Part shown: positions 1 through 11,418 of the stretch, one piece after another
Layout: every line of letters starts with the position of its first letter
How positions within the stretch are numbered: position 1 is the first letter of the stretch
Source: Rhizaria sp. SCN 62-66
Lineage: Eukaryota
Reading direction: 5' to 3'
Length of the DNA stretch: 63,747 nucleotides
Assembly (NCBI GenBank): GCA_001724265.1
Contig: MEDY01000142.1
Location: 1-63,747 of the forward strand
Notes under the pieces: model-generated
Seen by the model: only the letters and a program-made list of their open reading frames with translations
Databases searched by the model: none
Told to the model about the DNA's origin: nothing
Program-made: the position numbers and the translations under genes

Positions 1-1
1 G

Positions 2-1396
2 GCCGCCGCGGCCGCCGCGGCCAACGGCACAGGGTCCGCCGCGGCCGAGGCGGGGGCCGTGCACCGCGCCGCCGTGCAGGCGTGCTTCATGGAGGTGCTG
101 GCGCTGGCCGAGGCTGAGCACGGCTGGGTGCGCGCGCCGCCGCCGCTGGCGCCCGTGGCGCCCGCCGGCGCGCCGCTGCTCTTCCCCGGCGCGGGCTACC
201 CACTGGCCGCGCTGGCGCACGCCGCAGCCATCGGCGGCAGCGTCGCGGGCGCTCTCGCGGGCACCTGCTTCCCCGCGGGCTTCCCCGCGCTCAGCGGCTT
301 CGGTGGCGGCGGCGCGGCGGCCGCCGCCTCGGCAGTCTCCGCGGTCGCGGGCGGCGCCATCGGTCCCCTGGCTCCCGGCGCCGCCGTGGCCGCGGCAGCG
401 ACTGCCGGCCGAGACGTTGAGGTCGTCTACCAGCGCATGTGTGGCGCCCGCCTCGCCGCCGCGGCCGCCGCCGCCTCTGCCGCGGCCGCCGCCGCGCAGC
501 AGCAGCAGCAGGGCTTGGGCCTCGGCGGCAGCGGCTACCTGGGCAGCGACCCCGAGGACCTCTCTTTCGGCGGCGTCGGCGTCGGGAGCCTCGGCGCAGG
601 CCTCGCGGGCGCTGGCGCCAATGGCGGCGTCAACGGCGGGGCCAACGGCGGCGCTGCTGCCGCCGCGGCCGCTGCTGCGGCCGCCGCGGCCGCCGCCGCC
701 GCGGGCGCGCCCGGCGACGGGCTGGTGGTGCGCGTGACGGCGCTGCTGGACTGCACGGTGGCCGAGGCGGCTGCTGTGCTCACGCGCGTGGCGCGGCAGC
801 CCCTCTGGGACCTCAAGACGCAGTCGGCGGCCGTGGCGGCGCGACTCGACGACGCGACTGACGTCGTGCACGTCGTCTTCCGCGGCTTCTCGGCGCCGTA
901 CCGGCTCTGCGACGCGGCGCTGCTGCGGTCCATTTCGCGGCTCGACGACGGCGGCGTCCTGCTCGCGCTACGCTCGGCCGCGCACCCCGCGTGTCCCGAG
1001 ACGCGCGACGTGGCGCGCGTCGCGCTCCTGCCCTCGGGCCACATCCTCACGCCCGTGCCCGCCGCGGACGGCGCCGGCGACGGGGCCGCGGGCAACGGGG
1101 GCGGTGCTGCGCGGTGCCTGTACACGTGGATCCTGCAGACGGGTGCCGACGCGACGCAGCTGGTGGCGCCGGACCTGCTGGGCGAGAGCGTCGACCTGGT
1201 CGCCACCGTCGTCTCGCTCAGGGCCGAGATCGCGCTCCAGCGCGCCGCCGCCGTGCAGCAGGCTATTGCCGCGCAGCAGCAGCAGCTTCACTTGCAGCAG
1301 CAGCAGCAACAGCAACAACAGCAGCAACAGATGCAGCAGCAGCAGCAGCAGCAGCAGCAGTTTTCTCAGCACAATGTGCAGCACAGTGTGCGGTGA
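2..1396 (+). CDS. START (StAR-related lipid transfer) domain protein, 5'-truncated by the window edge, with a polyQ tail
   Basis: Frame is open from base 2 to TGA 1394-1396. START-like segment: VRVTALLDCTV..QPLWD..LDDATDVVHVVF..APYRLCDAALLRS..LALRSAAHPACP..RVALLPSGHILTP..CLYTWILQ. Confidence 0.7.
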   Translation, partial: AAAAAAANGTGSAAAEAGAVHRAAVQACFMEVLALAEAEHGWVRAPPPLAPVAPAGAPLLFPGAGYPLAALAHAAAIGGSVAGALAGTCFPAGFPALSGFGGGGAAAAASAVSAVAGGAIGPLAPGAAVAAAATAGRDVEVVYQRMCGARLAAAAAAASAAAAAAQQQQQGLGLGGSGYLGSDPEDLSFGGVGVGSLGAGLAGAGANGGVNGGANGGAAAAAAAAAAAAAAAAAGAPGDGLVVRVTALLDCTVAEAAAVLTRVARQPLWDLKTQSAAVAARLDDATDVVHVVFRGFSAPYRLCDAALLRSISRLDDGGVLLALRSAAHPACPETRDVARVALLPSGHILTPVPAADGAGDGAAGNGGGAARCLYTWILQTGADATQLVAPDLLGESVDLVATVVSLRAEIALQRAAAVQQAIAAQQQQLHLQQQQQQQQQQQQMQQQQQQQQQFSQHNVQHSVR

Positions 1397-2369
1397 GAGC
1401 AACACCAGGCCCCAGTAAGTCTGTTTCTGTGCCGCTTCTATATGGACGGTGCTTTATTCGTTCCAAATTGAGAGTTATGACAACACACGCGAGACACGCG
1501 AGATGGCGAACGCACAGTGATGTCCGGTCGGGCCTGAGTTGCGTCTGTTGAATCAAACGATACATATTATCATTTTTTGATTGCACACTTGCTTTTTTAT
1601 TTATCGTCGTCAATATTTAACCTTGCAGCGGCTCAATTGAGGCAACGATATCGAATCAAAAGCGCAGAAAATAAGACATCCCTGCTCTTTTTTCGGTCCA
1701 GTGGCTAGTTGGCGTGTGCCGACGACCGACTGCGAGCGAGGCTGCCAGCCACAAGTTGAGGGCCAGCTCGTTTGCCCAGTATTTGCGACCAATTCACGGT
1801 TTCTCTATTCGCGCAATTGCAACGTTTTATTTGTGTCAATGTGATGCAGTGTTTGGAGTGCCTATTGTAATTTGTGATTTACTCTAAAGTTGTGTTTATG
1901 AGGTGAAATCAAAGATAAAAGACAGATGTGGACAGCAGTATTGCTCTTTCATGTGGCCCGTCTCCATATGCCAGTTTCGCCGCGTTCTGCTTCACATTTT
2001 CTAATTTATGCACTATTATCGCACCAAACAGCGTTGTGAATACCAGGAAAAAACGGCAATGCAATCACCAAGCTGCGTGAAGGTCTTCAAGTCCTTACAT
2101 TTGTTCGCTCTCAAGACCAGGTCCTCACCAACCTCTTCGTCTGTTTGTCCTTTGCTCTCACCTGCACGCCCCTACGTCCCCACAGACCCCTCCGGCTCCG
2201 ACTCCCGTTTCCCCAGTGGTGTCCGTTTCTTCTGTTTCTTCCCCTTTAAGAACACAGAACACAACAGAGCCCCCTCACCCGCTCCCTTCGCGCCCGCACC
2301 TCGCGACGTCGCACACGGCAACAACAGCAGTAGCAACAGCAACAGTTGCTCATTGACAACGCAAGCACA

Positions 2370-5300
2370 ATGGAGGGCCACCGCGCACAGGACAAGAGCA
2401 TCCGCGGGCACTTCCCGTGGATGGCGAGCATTGGCGAGATGGCCAACTACGACTACAAGGGCCCCGCCAACGTCGAGAGCGCGTGCAAGGCCATCGACTA
2501 CGACATGAAGACGGCCGTCGTGACGGACTTTTCCGACTGCGTGGCCTTCAAGTCTGTGCCCGAGATCGAGGACGCGAAGCACCTGCAGGAGCTCACCGAG
2601 CTCATTGAGCTGGGCAACACGTACATCTCGCTCTTCTACACCTACCGCTCCGTGTCCAAGGCCGTGCCGCAGAACGCAGAGGACCCCAACGACCTGATGC
2701 GCATCCACGAGACCTCCTTCGCCGTGCTGCACTCGGAGATTGAGAAGCTGGCGCAGCTCATGCGCTTCTACAAGAACGCGCTGGCCGTGGTGAACAAGCA
2801 CTTCCGCGCCGTGATCCTGGTCGAGGCCAAGAAGGGCATCCACTGGCAGGCCTACCTGGATCTAATCGTCGACGCCATCAACATGCTCGCGCTCATGGAC
2901 GCGCTCAAGGACAACAAGTCCTGCCTCATCAACGACTTTGCCTGCTACAAGCGCGCCTTCGGCCGCTGCCGGCAGAACCTTGCGGACGCGGATGCGCATG
3001 ACGCAACGATCCGCTCGCTGCAGATGTTCATCGGCAACCCGTCGTACCCTCGCGACCTCATCATGCACGAGCTGAAGCTCGCGCTGCAGCTCAACGAGGA
3101 CTACGACCTGGGTATCCTGGCGCTGCTGGAGCACACGCGCGAGGCCATCTCGACGCGCCGCTTCCTGCTGCCGTCGCACGAGTTCGGCTACCTGCGCGTG
3201 ACGCCATTCCTGCTCTTCCTTCTTGACGGCCGCGTCAAGCTTGACGACTACGGCGAGCTCATGCCCGACCCCATTCGCCCCGGCGCCAAGGACATCAACG
3301 CCTTCCGCCATAAGACGCTCGATCTGGCCTTCTTCAAGAAGCTGTACCGCGCGACGCCCTTCGTGCCGCTCTACGGCGACATGCACATCGACGTGCTCTT
3401 CGTGCTGCGCCGCTGCGGCCACTGGGACGAGGACTCGATGCGCTCCGAGTGGGCCCCCGTGGGCGCGGCCGCGGTCGAGCGCGTCTCGCAGGGCTACCTG
3501 CTGCTCTTCCACCACGCCGCCATCCGCGCCGAGTACGCCGAGTTCACCACCGAGTTCGCGGCGCTGCTGATCGAGATCCGCGCCGTCAACGCCGCCAACG
3601 CGCCCGTGACGCCTGAGCTGCTGGACCGCATGATCGCCACGGTGCTCAAGGGGCTGCGCTACACGGCGCAGTGGACCGCGCGCGTGCACCTGCAGTGCGC
3701 GTGGAAGTACGCCAACCCGTGCCCGCGCGAGGCCTACCTCGTCGCCAAGGGCCTCGTCCCACCCGTCGGCTCGCTCGTTGCGCCTGACCCCACCAAGGAC
3801 GGCGCGGCCGCCGCCTCAGGCTCCGCGGCGTCGAAACGCACGCTCGACGCGGCGGGCGTGGCCAAGCTGGCCGCGGCAGTCCCGCGCACGCCCGGCGAGG
3901 AGTACGAGCAGGCGCTGCGGTTCAACCACTCGGCCGAAGAGCTGCACGTGCTGGTGGACGTGATCGGCATGATCAAGGGCACGGGCTCGCTTATGCTCGA
4001 CAACGAGATCGCCGTGATGCCCTTCATCAACCGCGCCGTGCACGACATGGTACAGATCTTCGTCCAGACCGAGGTCGCGCGCCCGCTGCGCAAGGCCTAC
4101 AAGAACTCGCGCGCGGACGTGTCGACGCTCTTCTTCGCCATGCGCGAGGTCGCGGGCGACTGGCACGACTACTTGTCGCAGCGCAACGACTTCCAGCTTG
4201 TCAAGAAGGACCTGGTGCAGGTCTCGCGCGAGTTCCCGCACCGCCCCACGGCGCCGACCATGTCGCAGCTCATGCTGCTGCGCCGCATGGTCCACACCGT
4301 CTTTTCGCCGCGCGCGCCTGGCATGAAGGGCGGCTTCTTCTCGGACAAGAATATCAAGGACGAGTGGCTGCCCGTGTGGACCAAGTTCCACCACGACTCG
4401 TACTTCTTCCCCTCGCTGCTCGACTACGGCAACTCGATCAAGGCCGTCACGGACATGTCTTTCCTCTGGTTCCGCGAGTTTTACCTCGAGATGACTGGCT
4501 GCGTGCAGTTCCCCATCGCCATGTCGCTGCCCTGGGTGCTGGCCGACTACGTCATCAGTAACCCGGCCCAGAAGGACAACCTCTTCTACCCCTTCGACAT
4601 CTACAACGACGCCGCCGCCTCGGCGCTCTACACGCTCAAGCAGCGCTTTCTGTACGACGAAGTCGAGGCCGAGCTCAACCTGGCCTTCGACCAGCTCGTG
4701 TACCACCTGTCCAACGACATCTACGACTACCACCGCACGCTCGCCGCGGGCGTGCTCGTCAACAAGCGCTTCAAGGCCGCCTTTGAGGCCGCGCGCGCGA
4801 GCGGCGCCGCGGGCGCCGCGGGCGCGGGCACGGGCGCGCTGTCGGTGAGGCACGCGCGCTACGAGGCGCTGATGCACCAGACGCACGTGACGCTGCTGGG
4901 CCGCTCGGTGGACGTGACGCACCTTCTCACGCTGCAGTGCACGGCGCTGCTGCGCTCGGGCATCGACCTGGCCATCGCGCGCTTCGAGGCGCAGGAGCTG
5001 TCGAGCGTGGTCGAGTTCGCGGCGCTGCTGCGGCAGCTGCGTCTCACGCACGCGCTGCTCGCGCACCGGCTCCCGCAGCTGCAGCCCTTCGAGGCGCTGT
5101 ACCGCGACGTCAATGGCACGGCCGCGCTGGCCGACTTCCGCGGGCGCGTGCTGCTGCACGCCTACTCGGAGCTGCGCGGCGACATCTTCCCGCTGGGCAC
5201 GTACAACGCCATCACGCAGCGCTGGGTCAAGCTCGCGCCCGGGCCCGCAACGGCGTTCCTGGACGCCGTGGTTGAGCCCATGGCGCGCGACGCAGGCCCG

Positions 5301-7676
5301 CAGCTCGAGGCCGACAAGCGCGCGCTCTACGGCGGCAAGGGCCACCGCGACGCGCTCGAGCGCCACATGCAGCTCTACGCGGGCTTCTTCGGCGCCGAGC
5401 ACGTGGCCGCGCTGGCCGAGGTGCTGTCGCCCGGTGAGACGGCGCAGCTGGCGCAGGCCGTGACGGACCACGTGCGCGAGTGCGTGCTGGCCTCGCTGCT
5501 GCGCCCACTTGTCACCATGGCCGCGCGCATGCGCCAGGTGCCGATCAAGCCCGTGAGCTCGAGCCTGGGCGTGGTGGCCGCCGTCGAGTCGTTGACGCTG
5601 CAGCTCGCGCCCTACGCTGCCTGGCCCGCGCTGCGCTCGCACATCTTCCACCGCCTGCGCGAGCTGGGCAACGCGTTGAGCTTCCTCACGCTGCTCGACG
5701 ACGCCGTCGCCGTGCGCGCCGCCGAGCTGGGCTTCCAGACGGCGGCCTGGGCAGTCGCCGCCGTGCCGCGCTCGGATCTGGGCCAGCCGCCGCGCGCGGG
5801 CGCCGCGGTGCCCCCCGAGGCGACGCAGCCGCGCCAGCGCGAGTACCTGCTCGCCGCCACCGACGCGGCGCGACCCGGCTGGGGGCTTGCTTTCCAGGCC
5901 GCCGCCAACGACGTGCTCAAGTCGCTCAGCTCCGACGCGCCCTTCACGGCCGCCGACGGGACCTTCACGGCGGCGCCCGTGCTGAGCGGCGCGACGGCCG
6001 CGGCGCTGGGCGCGGGCGTGACGACGGCCGCCGAGTCGATCGCGCTGCAGCAGCTGCGCTACACCTACGGCGTACCCATGACCGAGGCGCAGCAGGCTGT
6101 CGCGGCTGGCAAGACGCACGCCGTGCCCGCGGCGCGACAGAGCTACCTGGCGCACGCGCTTGCCATCGTGGCCAAGGCGCTAATCGACACCGAGGGCTCG
6201 GCCGCGGCGGGCAGCCCTGAGGCCGCGGAGACGCTCGCGGCGACCTTCTCTGCCACGGCGCACGAGCGCGCGCGCCTCCGCGCCGCCCGCGAGCGCGCCG
6301 CCGAGGACGCCGCCAGCCATGGCGCCGGCGGCGACGGCAAGGCGCCCGCACCCGTGCTGCCGCTGGCCGTGAACCTGCAGCTGGGCCAGTCGCTGGTGCG
6401 CGTGCTGGCCTCGGTGCTGTTCCTCTACAACGCGGCGCCCGCGCGCGGCAACATGGCCGAGCGCACAGCCTTCGGCGATGGCGTGCTCACGGCCGCCGCG
6501 GCGCTCGTCCACGTGCACGGCGGCCCGCTCACGCCCTCGCCCGCGGCCCAGGCCGCCGTGGGCGCAACGGGCTTCCTGATGCCGCGCGCCGTCGCCGCGG
6601 GCCGCCGCCACGGCTTCGAGCTGGCGGACCTGTCGACACAGGTCGTGCGCGTGGACATGGTGGCGCCGCTGTCGCGCGACCTGCTCGACGCGCGCGCTGC
6701 CGCGCAGCCCGCCAACGCGCCTGTGCACGCGGCGCAGCAGCGCGCGTCCTACTTCCTGGCCAACGCGGCGTCGTCGCGCGTGCTGCTGGCGGCCGCCTTC
6801 GACACGCTCGAGACGCACTGCGCGGACGAGTACGACGCCGGCGGCGACTTTGACGGGCTCGCTGCCGCGACCTACACGCACTTCGACGCCGCGGCGCCGC
6901 TCGAGACGGACTGGAACGCCTTCCGCGAGGCCTACCGCTACGACGAGGACTTCGCCGCGGGCGTCTGCGCGGCCGACGTGTGTGCCGCCACGGCCGCCGC
7001 GTCGGGCGTCGTCTACCGCGGTGTCACGCTCAAGTCGCCCATCAACGCCTCCTCTGCCGCATCTGAGGCCTCTGCGTCTGCGTCGTACGGCGCGCCGCAG
7101 TCGTCCTCAGCCTTCGCCACGCAGGCCTTCTCGACGCAGACCCCCGCCGCGCCCCAGGCCCCGCACGCTCCCATGGCCCCGCCCGCGCCTCTGGCCCCCA
7201 TGGCGCCCCCCGCGCCCCCGGCCCCCGCCGCGCCGCAGGCCCCGCAGGCCCCCACTGCGCCGCAGCACGGCTACGACGGCGGCTACGGCGGCGGCGACGC
7301 CTACTGCGAGCAGCCTCAGCAGGCTCAGCAGCAGCCGGAGTACTATGACCAGCAGCAGCAGCAGCAGTATGAGCAGCATTACGAGCAGCAGCCTGAGCAG
7401 CAGCAGCAGCAGCAGTACGACGACTACAACGGCGGATACGCCGCTGCCCCCGTCGCGCCGTCCGCGCCGCCCGCGCCCATGGCCCCTATGGCCCCGCCGA
7501 TGGCGCCCCTCGCGCCGTCCGCGCCGCCGGCCCCGCAGGCCCCCATGGCGCCGCCCGCGCCGCCGCAGTTCGGGACGCTGCCGCCGCCGCCGCCGACGCA
7601 GCAGCCGCGCCGGCCGTCGCTCGTGGCGCAGCCGGAGCACATGCCCACGGCGCCGCCGCCGCCGCCGCGCCACTAA
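2370..7676 (+). CDS. CYFIP: CYFIP/Sra1/PIR121 (WAVE regulatory complex subunit) with a long Pro/Gln-rich C-terminal tail
   Basis: Family motifs LFYTYRSVSKAVP, VPLYGDMHI, SFLWFREFYLEMTGCVQFPIAMSLPWVL, YPFDIYNDAA, FLYDEVEAELNLAFDQLVY. ATG at 2370, TAA stop, intronless. Confidence 0.93.
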   Translation: MEGHRAQDKSIRGHFPWMASIGEMANYDYKGPANVESACKAIDYDMKTAVVTDFSDCVAFKSVPEIEDAKHLQELTELIELGNTYISLFYTYRSVSKAVPQNAEDPNDLMRIHETSFAVLHSEIEKLAQLMRFYKNALAVVNKHFRAVILVEAKKGIHWQAYLDLIVDAINMLALMDALKDNKSCLINDFACYKRAFGRCRQNLADADAHDATIRSLQMFIGNPSYPRDLIMHELKLALQLNEDYDLGILALLEHTREAISTRRFLLPSHEFGYLRVTPFLLFLLDGRVKLDDYGELMPDPIRPGAKDINAFRHKTLDLAFFKKLYRATPFVPLYGDMHIDVLFVLRRCGHWDEDSMRSEWAPVGAAAVERVSQGYLLLFHHAAIRAEYAEFTTEFAALLIEIRAVNAANAPVTPELLDRMIATVLKGLRYTAQWTARVHLQCAWKYANPCPREAYLVAKGLVPPVGSLVAPDPTKDGAAAASGSAASKRTLDAAGVAKLAAAVPRTPGEEYEQALRFNHSAEELHVLVDVIGMIKGTGSLMLDNEIAVMPFINRAVHDMVQIFVQTEVARPLRKAYKNSRADVSTLFFAMREVAGDWHDYLSQRNDFQLVKKDLVQVSREFPHRPTAPTMSQLMLLRRMVHTVFSPRAPGMKGGFFSDKNIKDEWLPVWTKFHHDSYFFPSLLDYGNSIKAVTDMSFLWFREFYLEMTGCVQFPIAMSLPWVLADYVISNPAQKDNLFYPFDIYNDAAASALYTLKQRFLYDEVEAELNLAFDQLVYHLSNDIYDYHRTLAAGVLVNKRFKAAFEAARASGAAGAAGAGTGALSVRHARYEALMHQTHVTLLGRSVDVTHLLTLQCTALLRSGIDLAIARFEAQELSSVVEFAALLRQLRLTHALLAHRLPQLQPFEALYRDVNGTAALADFRGRVLLHAYSELRGDIFPLGTYNAITQRWVKLAPGPATAFLDAVVEPMARDAGPQLEADKRALYGGKGHRDALERHMQLYAGFFGAEHVAALAEVLSPGETAQLAQAVTDHVRECVLASLLRPLVTMAARMRQVPIKPVSSSLGVVAAVESLTLQLAPYAAWPALRSHIFHRLRELGNALSFLTLLDDAVAVRAAELGFQTAAWAVAAVPRSDLGQPPRAGAAVPPEATQPRQREYLLAATDAARPGWGLAFQAAANDVLKSLSSDAPFTAADGTFTAAPVLSGATAAALGAGVTTAAESIALQQLRYTYGVPMTEAQQAVAAGKTHAVPAARQSYLAHALAIVAKALIDTEGSAAAGSPEAAETLAATFSATAHERARLRAARERAAEDAASHGAGGDGKAPAPVLPLAVNLQLGQSLVRVLASVLFLYNAAPARGNMAERTAFGDGVLTAAAALVHVHGGPLTPSPAAQAAVGATGFLMPRAVAAGRRHGFELADLSTQVVRVDMVAPLSRDLLDARAAAQPANAPVHAAQQRASYFLANAASSRVLLAAAFDTLETHCADEYDAGGDFDGLAAATYTHFDAAAPLETDWNAFREAYRYDEDFAAGVCAADVCAATAAASGVVYRGVTLKSPINASSAASEASASASYGAPQSSSAFATQAFSTQTPAAPQAPHAPMAPPAPLAPMAPPAPPAPAAPQAPQAPTAPQHGYDGGYGGGDAYCEQPQQAQQQPEYYDQQQQQQYEQHYEQQPEQQQQQQYDDYNGGYAAAPVAPSAPPAPMAPMAPPMAPLAPSAPPAPQAPMAPPAPPQFGTLPPPPPTQQPRRPSLVAQPEHMPTAPPPPPRH

Positions 7677-8423
7677 GCGCAGCGCAGTGCAGTGTGATGT
7701 GCGGCTGTACAGCATGAGCATACAGGATACGTTTGACATGTAAGCTTATGACTTGAGGAGACGAGATTAGATTTGAAGATGTATTCAACAAGCGAAGCCA
7801 AAAGACAAATGAAACATGTTTTGATTAGAGATAATCATATTCAACAACATTGATATTCATAATACAGCACCTTATAGTGTAACAATGCAAAACGCACACG
7901 TCCATAGTTCAATATGCGTCATTTTTGTTCAAGTATGACTGATTTGTTCGATTATTCGAAGGAAACAAGTAATTCGTTGTGTATTGACGTTAACATGACG
8001 TGCAAGAGTGCATTGCATAGTAAGCTTAAGTTTATAAGAGAAGCTGGAACACAATGATCATAGAAGAGAAAGTGGTGACAAGAGGTAGGACTTCGGCCGC
8101 AGCACTGCACGGACGCACGCGGGCGCTAAGCGCATGAGATAAGTGAAACATGTCAAAATGTTCTGCTCACCGCAAGCGCGCTTATCAGTAGGTAAGCGAT
8201 GAGTGTCATACTTATTGTTGTGACAAACAAACGGTTTTACAATGGAGAGAAAATACATGTACAATAATATGAAGAAAACAAGAGAACTGAAGAACAGTTT
8301 GAAAAAAGCAACAAGATATCACCTTGTTGTTCGGCTAAACAAAGAAGAGGCGTGGTTGTGAGTCACATGCAGCAGCAACAGATTAGACAAGACAAGATTA
8401 GACTAGCAATCAAGCCTGCTTGC

Positions 8424-9653
8424 TTAGGCGTTGATGACCTTGTTCTTCTTGCTGGCGCCGACGTCGCCGATGGCGAGCGTGCGGAGCGAATGCATGCCGG
8501 TGATCCAGTGGTCGCCGACGAGCGTAAGCTTCTCGCCCGCGCGCGCGGCGCCGACGGGCAGCGCGATGGGCATGAAGTGGTCGGGCCGCGGGTGCGCCAG
8601 CGCCGCGTAGGGCAGCTTGCGCCAGTTGACGATCGTCTGCCCGCGCTTGGACGCGAGCAACTCCTCGGCCGTGGACGCCGCCGCGGGGTCCGCGTCGGGG
8701 TCGGCCGTGAGCCCGGCTGTGAGCGCGTCGACGAACTTCTGCGTGTTGGGCACAACCGACGGAGGGTTGTCGAAGGCGCCGTGCGACGCCTGGCCCGAGC
8801 CGACGAGCAGCACGCCCTCGCGGCGCAGCGCCTGCAGCGCGTGACCCAGCCGCAGGTGCACCGCGGGGTCGAAGCTGCCCAGCATCGAGATCTCCAGCAC
8901 CGGGATGTCGGCCTCGGGGTACATGAGCAGCAGGGGGATGAAGGCGGCGTGGTCCAGGTCGCGCCGCAGCTCGTGCTCGGCCGGCACGCCCGCGTCGTTG
9001 AGCAGGTCCACGATGCGCGTCGCCAGCTTCGTGCTGCCGGGCGCGGGGTACGTCACGTCGTAGGTGAACTTGGGGAAGCCGTAGTAGTCGTACAGCAGGC
9101 TCTTGTGGCGGTCCTGGGACGTCACGCGGATCTTGTTCGACGTCTCCCAGTGCGCGCTGAGCATCACGATCGCCTTGGGCCGGCGCGCGCCCTCGACCAG
9201 GTCCAGCTGCGCGGGCAGCGCGCGGTACCAATCGGCCACAACCGACTTGAAGTGGCAGTTGTTGGGGCGGCCGAAGATGTTGGACTCGTCCATGAGCAGG
9301 ATGGGCGCACAGTGCGAGAGGAACAGAAGCGGCATCTCGCGCTCGGCCTCGGCCGCGGCGGTGGCGGGTGCGGCGTCGGCAGCGACGACGACGTTGGCGT
9401 TATCGATGTTATCAGAAGACATGAGTGGCTTGGTGTTAGCGCAGTCTGCAGTCGGAGCGGCAGCAGACGTCGAGAAGGCGGCGAGAGGGGGCGCGGGGCA
9501 AGCACCAGCAGTAGCACCAGAGGCAGAACCGAGGGTCGAAGACGTCGAGGCGAAGGCGACGGGGGTGGACGAGAGGAGGGTTAGGGAAAAAAGAGGAAGA
9601 GCAACAGCAGAAAAAAGTTTAAGCGGACGAGCAAACTTGCGGCGCGAAAGCAT
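8424..9653 (-). CDS. LigB-family (4,5-DOPA extradiol dioxygenase-like) ring-cleavage dioxygenase; alternative start ATG at 9422
   Basis: Motifs LFLSH, SAHW, YDYYGFP, RDLDHAAF, YPEADIPV, LRREGVLLVGSG..H, AHPRPDHFMP. TAA stop. The Arg-rich N-terminus from 9653 could be a transit peptide. Confidence 0.88.
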   Translation of the reverse strand: MLSRRKFARPLKLFSAVALPLFSLTLLSSTPVAFASTSSTLGSASGATAGACPAPPLAAFSTSAAAPTADCANTKPLMSSDNIDNANVVVAADAAPATAAAEAEREMPLLFLSHCAPILLMDESNIFGRPNNCHFKSVVADWYRALPAQLDLVEGARRPKAIVMLSAHWETSNKIRVTSQDRHKSLLYDYYGFPKFTYDVTYPAPGSTKLATRIVDLLNDAGVPAEHELRRDLDHAAFIPLLLMYPEADIPVLEISMLGSFDPAVHLRLGHALQALRREGVLLVGSGQASHGAFDNPPSVVPNTQKFVDALTAGLTADPDADPAAASTAEELLASKRGQTIVNWRKLPYAALAHPRPDHFMPIALPVGAARAGEKLTLVGDHWITGMHSLRTLAIGDVGASKKNKVINA

Positions 9654-11418
9654 ATGCTGACTCAGGAGAAGTAAGGAGTGACCTCAACTGCAGGAGAAGA
9701 AAGCAAAAGCAGTGTGCTCACAACAACATGCAAGCAGCAAGTGGTGAGCTTTTTGGAAGAAGTCAGTTCCCCGTTCTCTCAAGTCAGCACGTTATGACAT
9801 GTACATGACATGCGTTCATCAATCAACAATGTAACAACGACCTGAGTGACATAGATCACAGCATGACACACCAAAGGTGGGGCATGCCAGTATGCAGGAA
9901 TATCTCTCACCGAAAAGATTGTTTCAGAAAATATTAAATTAGAAACATGTTTAAAATTGGTGTTTTTACATTAAACAGTAAACAGTTTCGACATCAGCGG
10001 TAAAATGGAGCCGGTTAAAGGAAAGATACATTCGTGCAAAAACGGAGGCCCGTTCGGCCTTGCTCGACCCTGCCCCCCGGTCCTCGCCCGTCGCCCTGCC
10101 ACGGGCATTTATCGATACCATGGGTAGTAGTAAAAAAGGTTTCGTGGTTGAGCCCACAGCTCTGAGCGCGCTGGCGATGTCGTTGAGCTCATCGCAGCCC
10201 CTGGGCCCAGCCAGTCAGTGCTCTCAGTCTAATAGAGTGGCAAGGGACGGGAGAGGCAGTGTGGCCGCAAGACAGAGGCAGTGGGCGCGCGAGGATATCC
10301 TCGCGACACTCATCCATGCCGTCCTGCGGTGGTGGCGGCGTTTCTGCGCGCCGGCGGGCCTGGATCGTTAGGGTGGACGGCGTCAAAGTCTCGGTTTCGG
10401 TCGTTGTTGTAGGATGTTTCATGATGCATATATGTACTGAAATGATTTCAGTTCGAGAAATAAGCAGATTTTCCGATGTGAATTAAGGTATTATACAACA
10501 TATCCTGCAATAAGCATGATAAATAAAGATCTTGTGAAGATATCCTTCGTAACATGACCTCGCACTGAGGTGTCCTGGTGGCAGCCAAATGGCAGACTGT
10601 CTGAAGTAGACGAGTAGAACTTGCAAATACGAGTATAAAGCGTACATGCAAGTAAGCTGCATAGAGTTGACATTGCCAATGTGTGTATATTTTTCTATAT
10701 CTGCTTCTTAAGACCGGTTATCAGCTCGAAATGCACTTAGAGAAAGCCGACGACGTGCCATGGATCCATAGCCACACAAATTCAAGGATAACTTTGCGCA
10801 ATCAAGCTCCGGCGAGATATAATTCCAATACCCAAGAGTTGATATCCATTTACATGCCGTAAATGAGTGAACTCTCTACTGACGGTTGTTTTGCAAAGAT
10901 ACACTGGCTAACACGACGGACTTCTCGACTCGGTCTTTGGACCCTTTTGCGAATATGCATGCATTTCATACACATAGAGCAAGTGTTTGAAAGTATATTG
11001 TTGTGTTTATATACTAATCAAACGTTTTTATATAAAAGTGTTAGTAAAATCCCTGGGTGAAAATATTTTGGAGAGCAAACATCGAAATTGCCATAAAATG
11101 CAATTTCGAGTCAGAGTGATCGCCCGTTGCGCCGAGTTTGTTGAAGTATTCTTCGCACTGATATAGAAAATAGACGAAGATATACACGTCTGTAATTGTT
11201 TATTCTACCACGTGTACAAATTGAAATCAGTCCGCCTGGCCATCTTGCCATGCATATCATCGCAAGCGTGGTTTCCACCACGAATTACTTTTCGCACTGT
11301 CGGCGTCCCCGGGCTTGTTTCGCTCCCGAGAGGAGCTTGTTATCCGAGATCACTCCTCAAAGAAGAGCGACATCACGCTCTTGCACACACAGCAACTGCA
11401 GCGCCTGACGGCGCCCGC

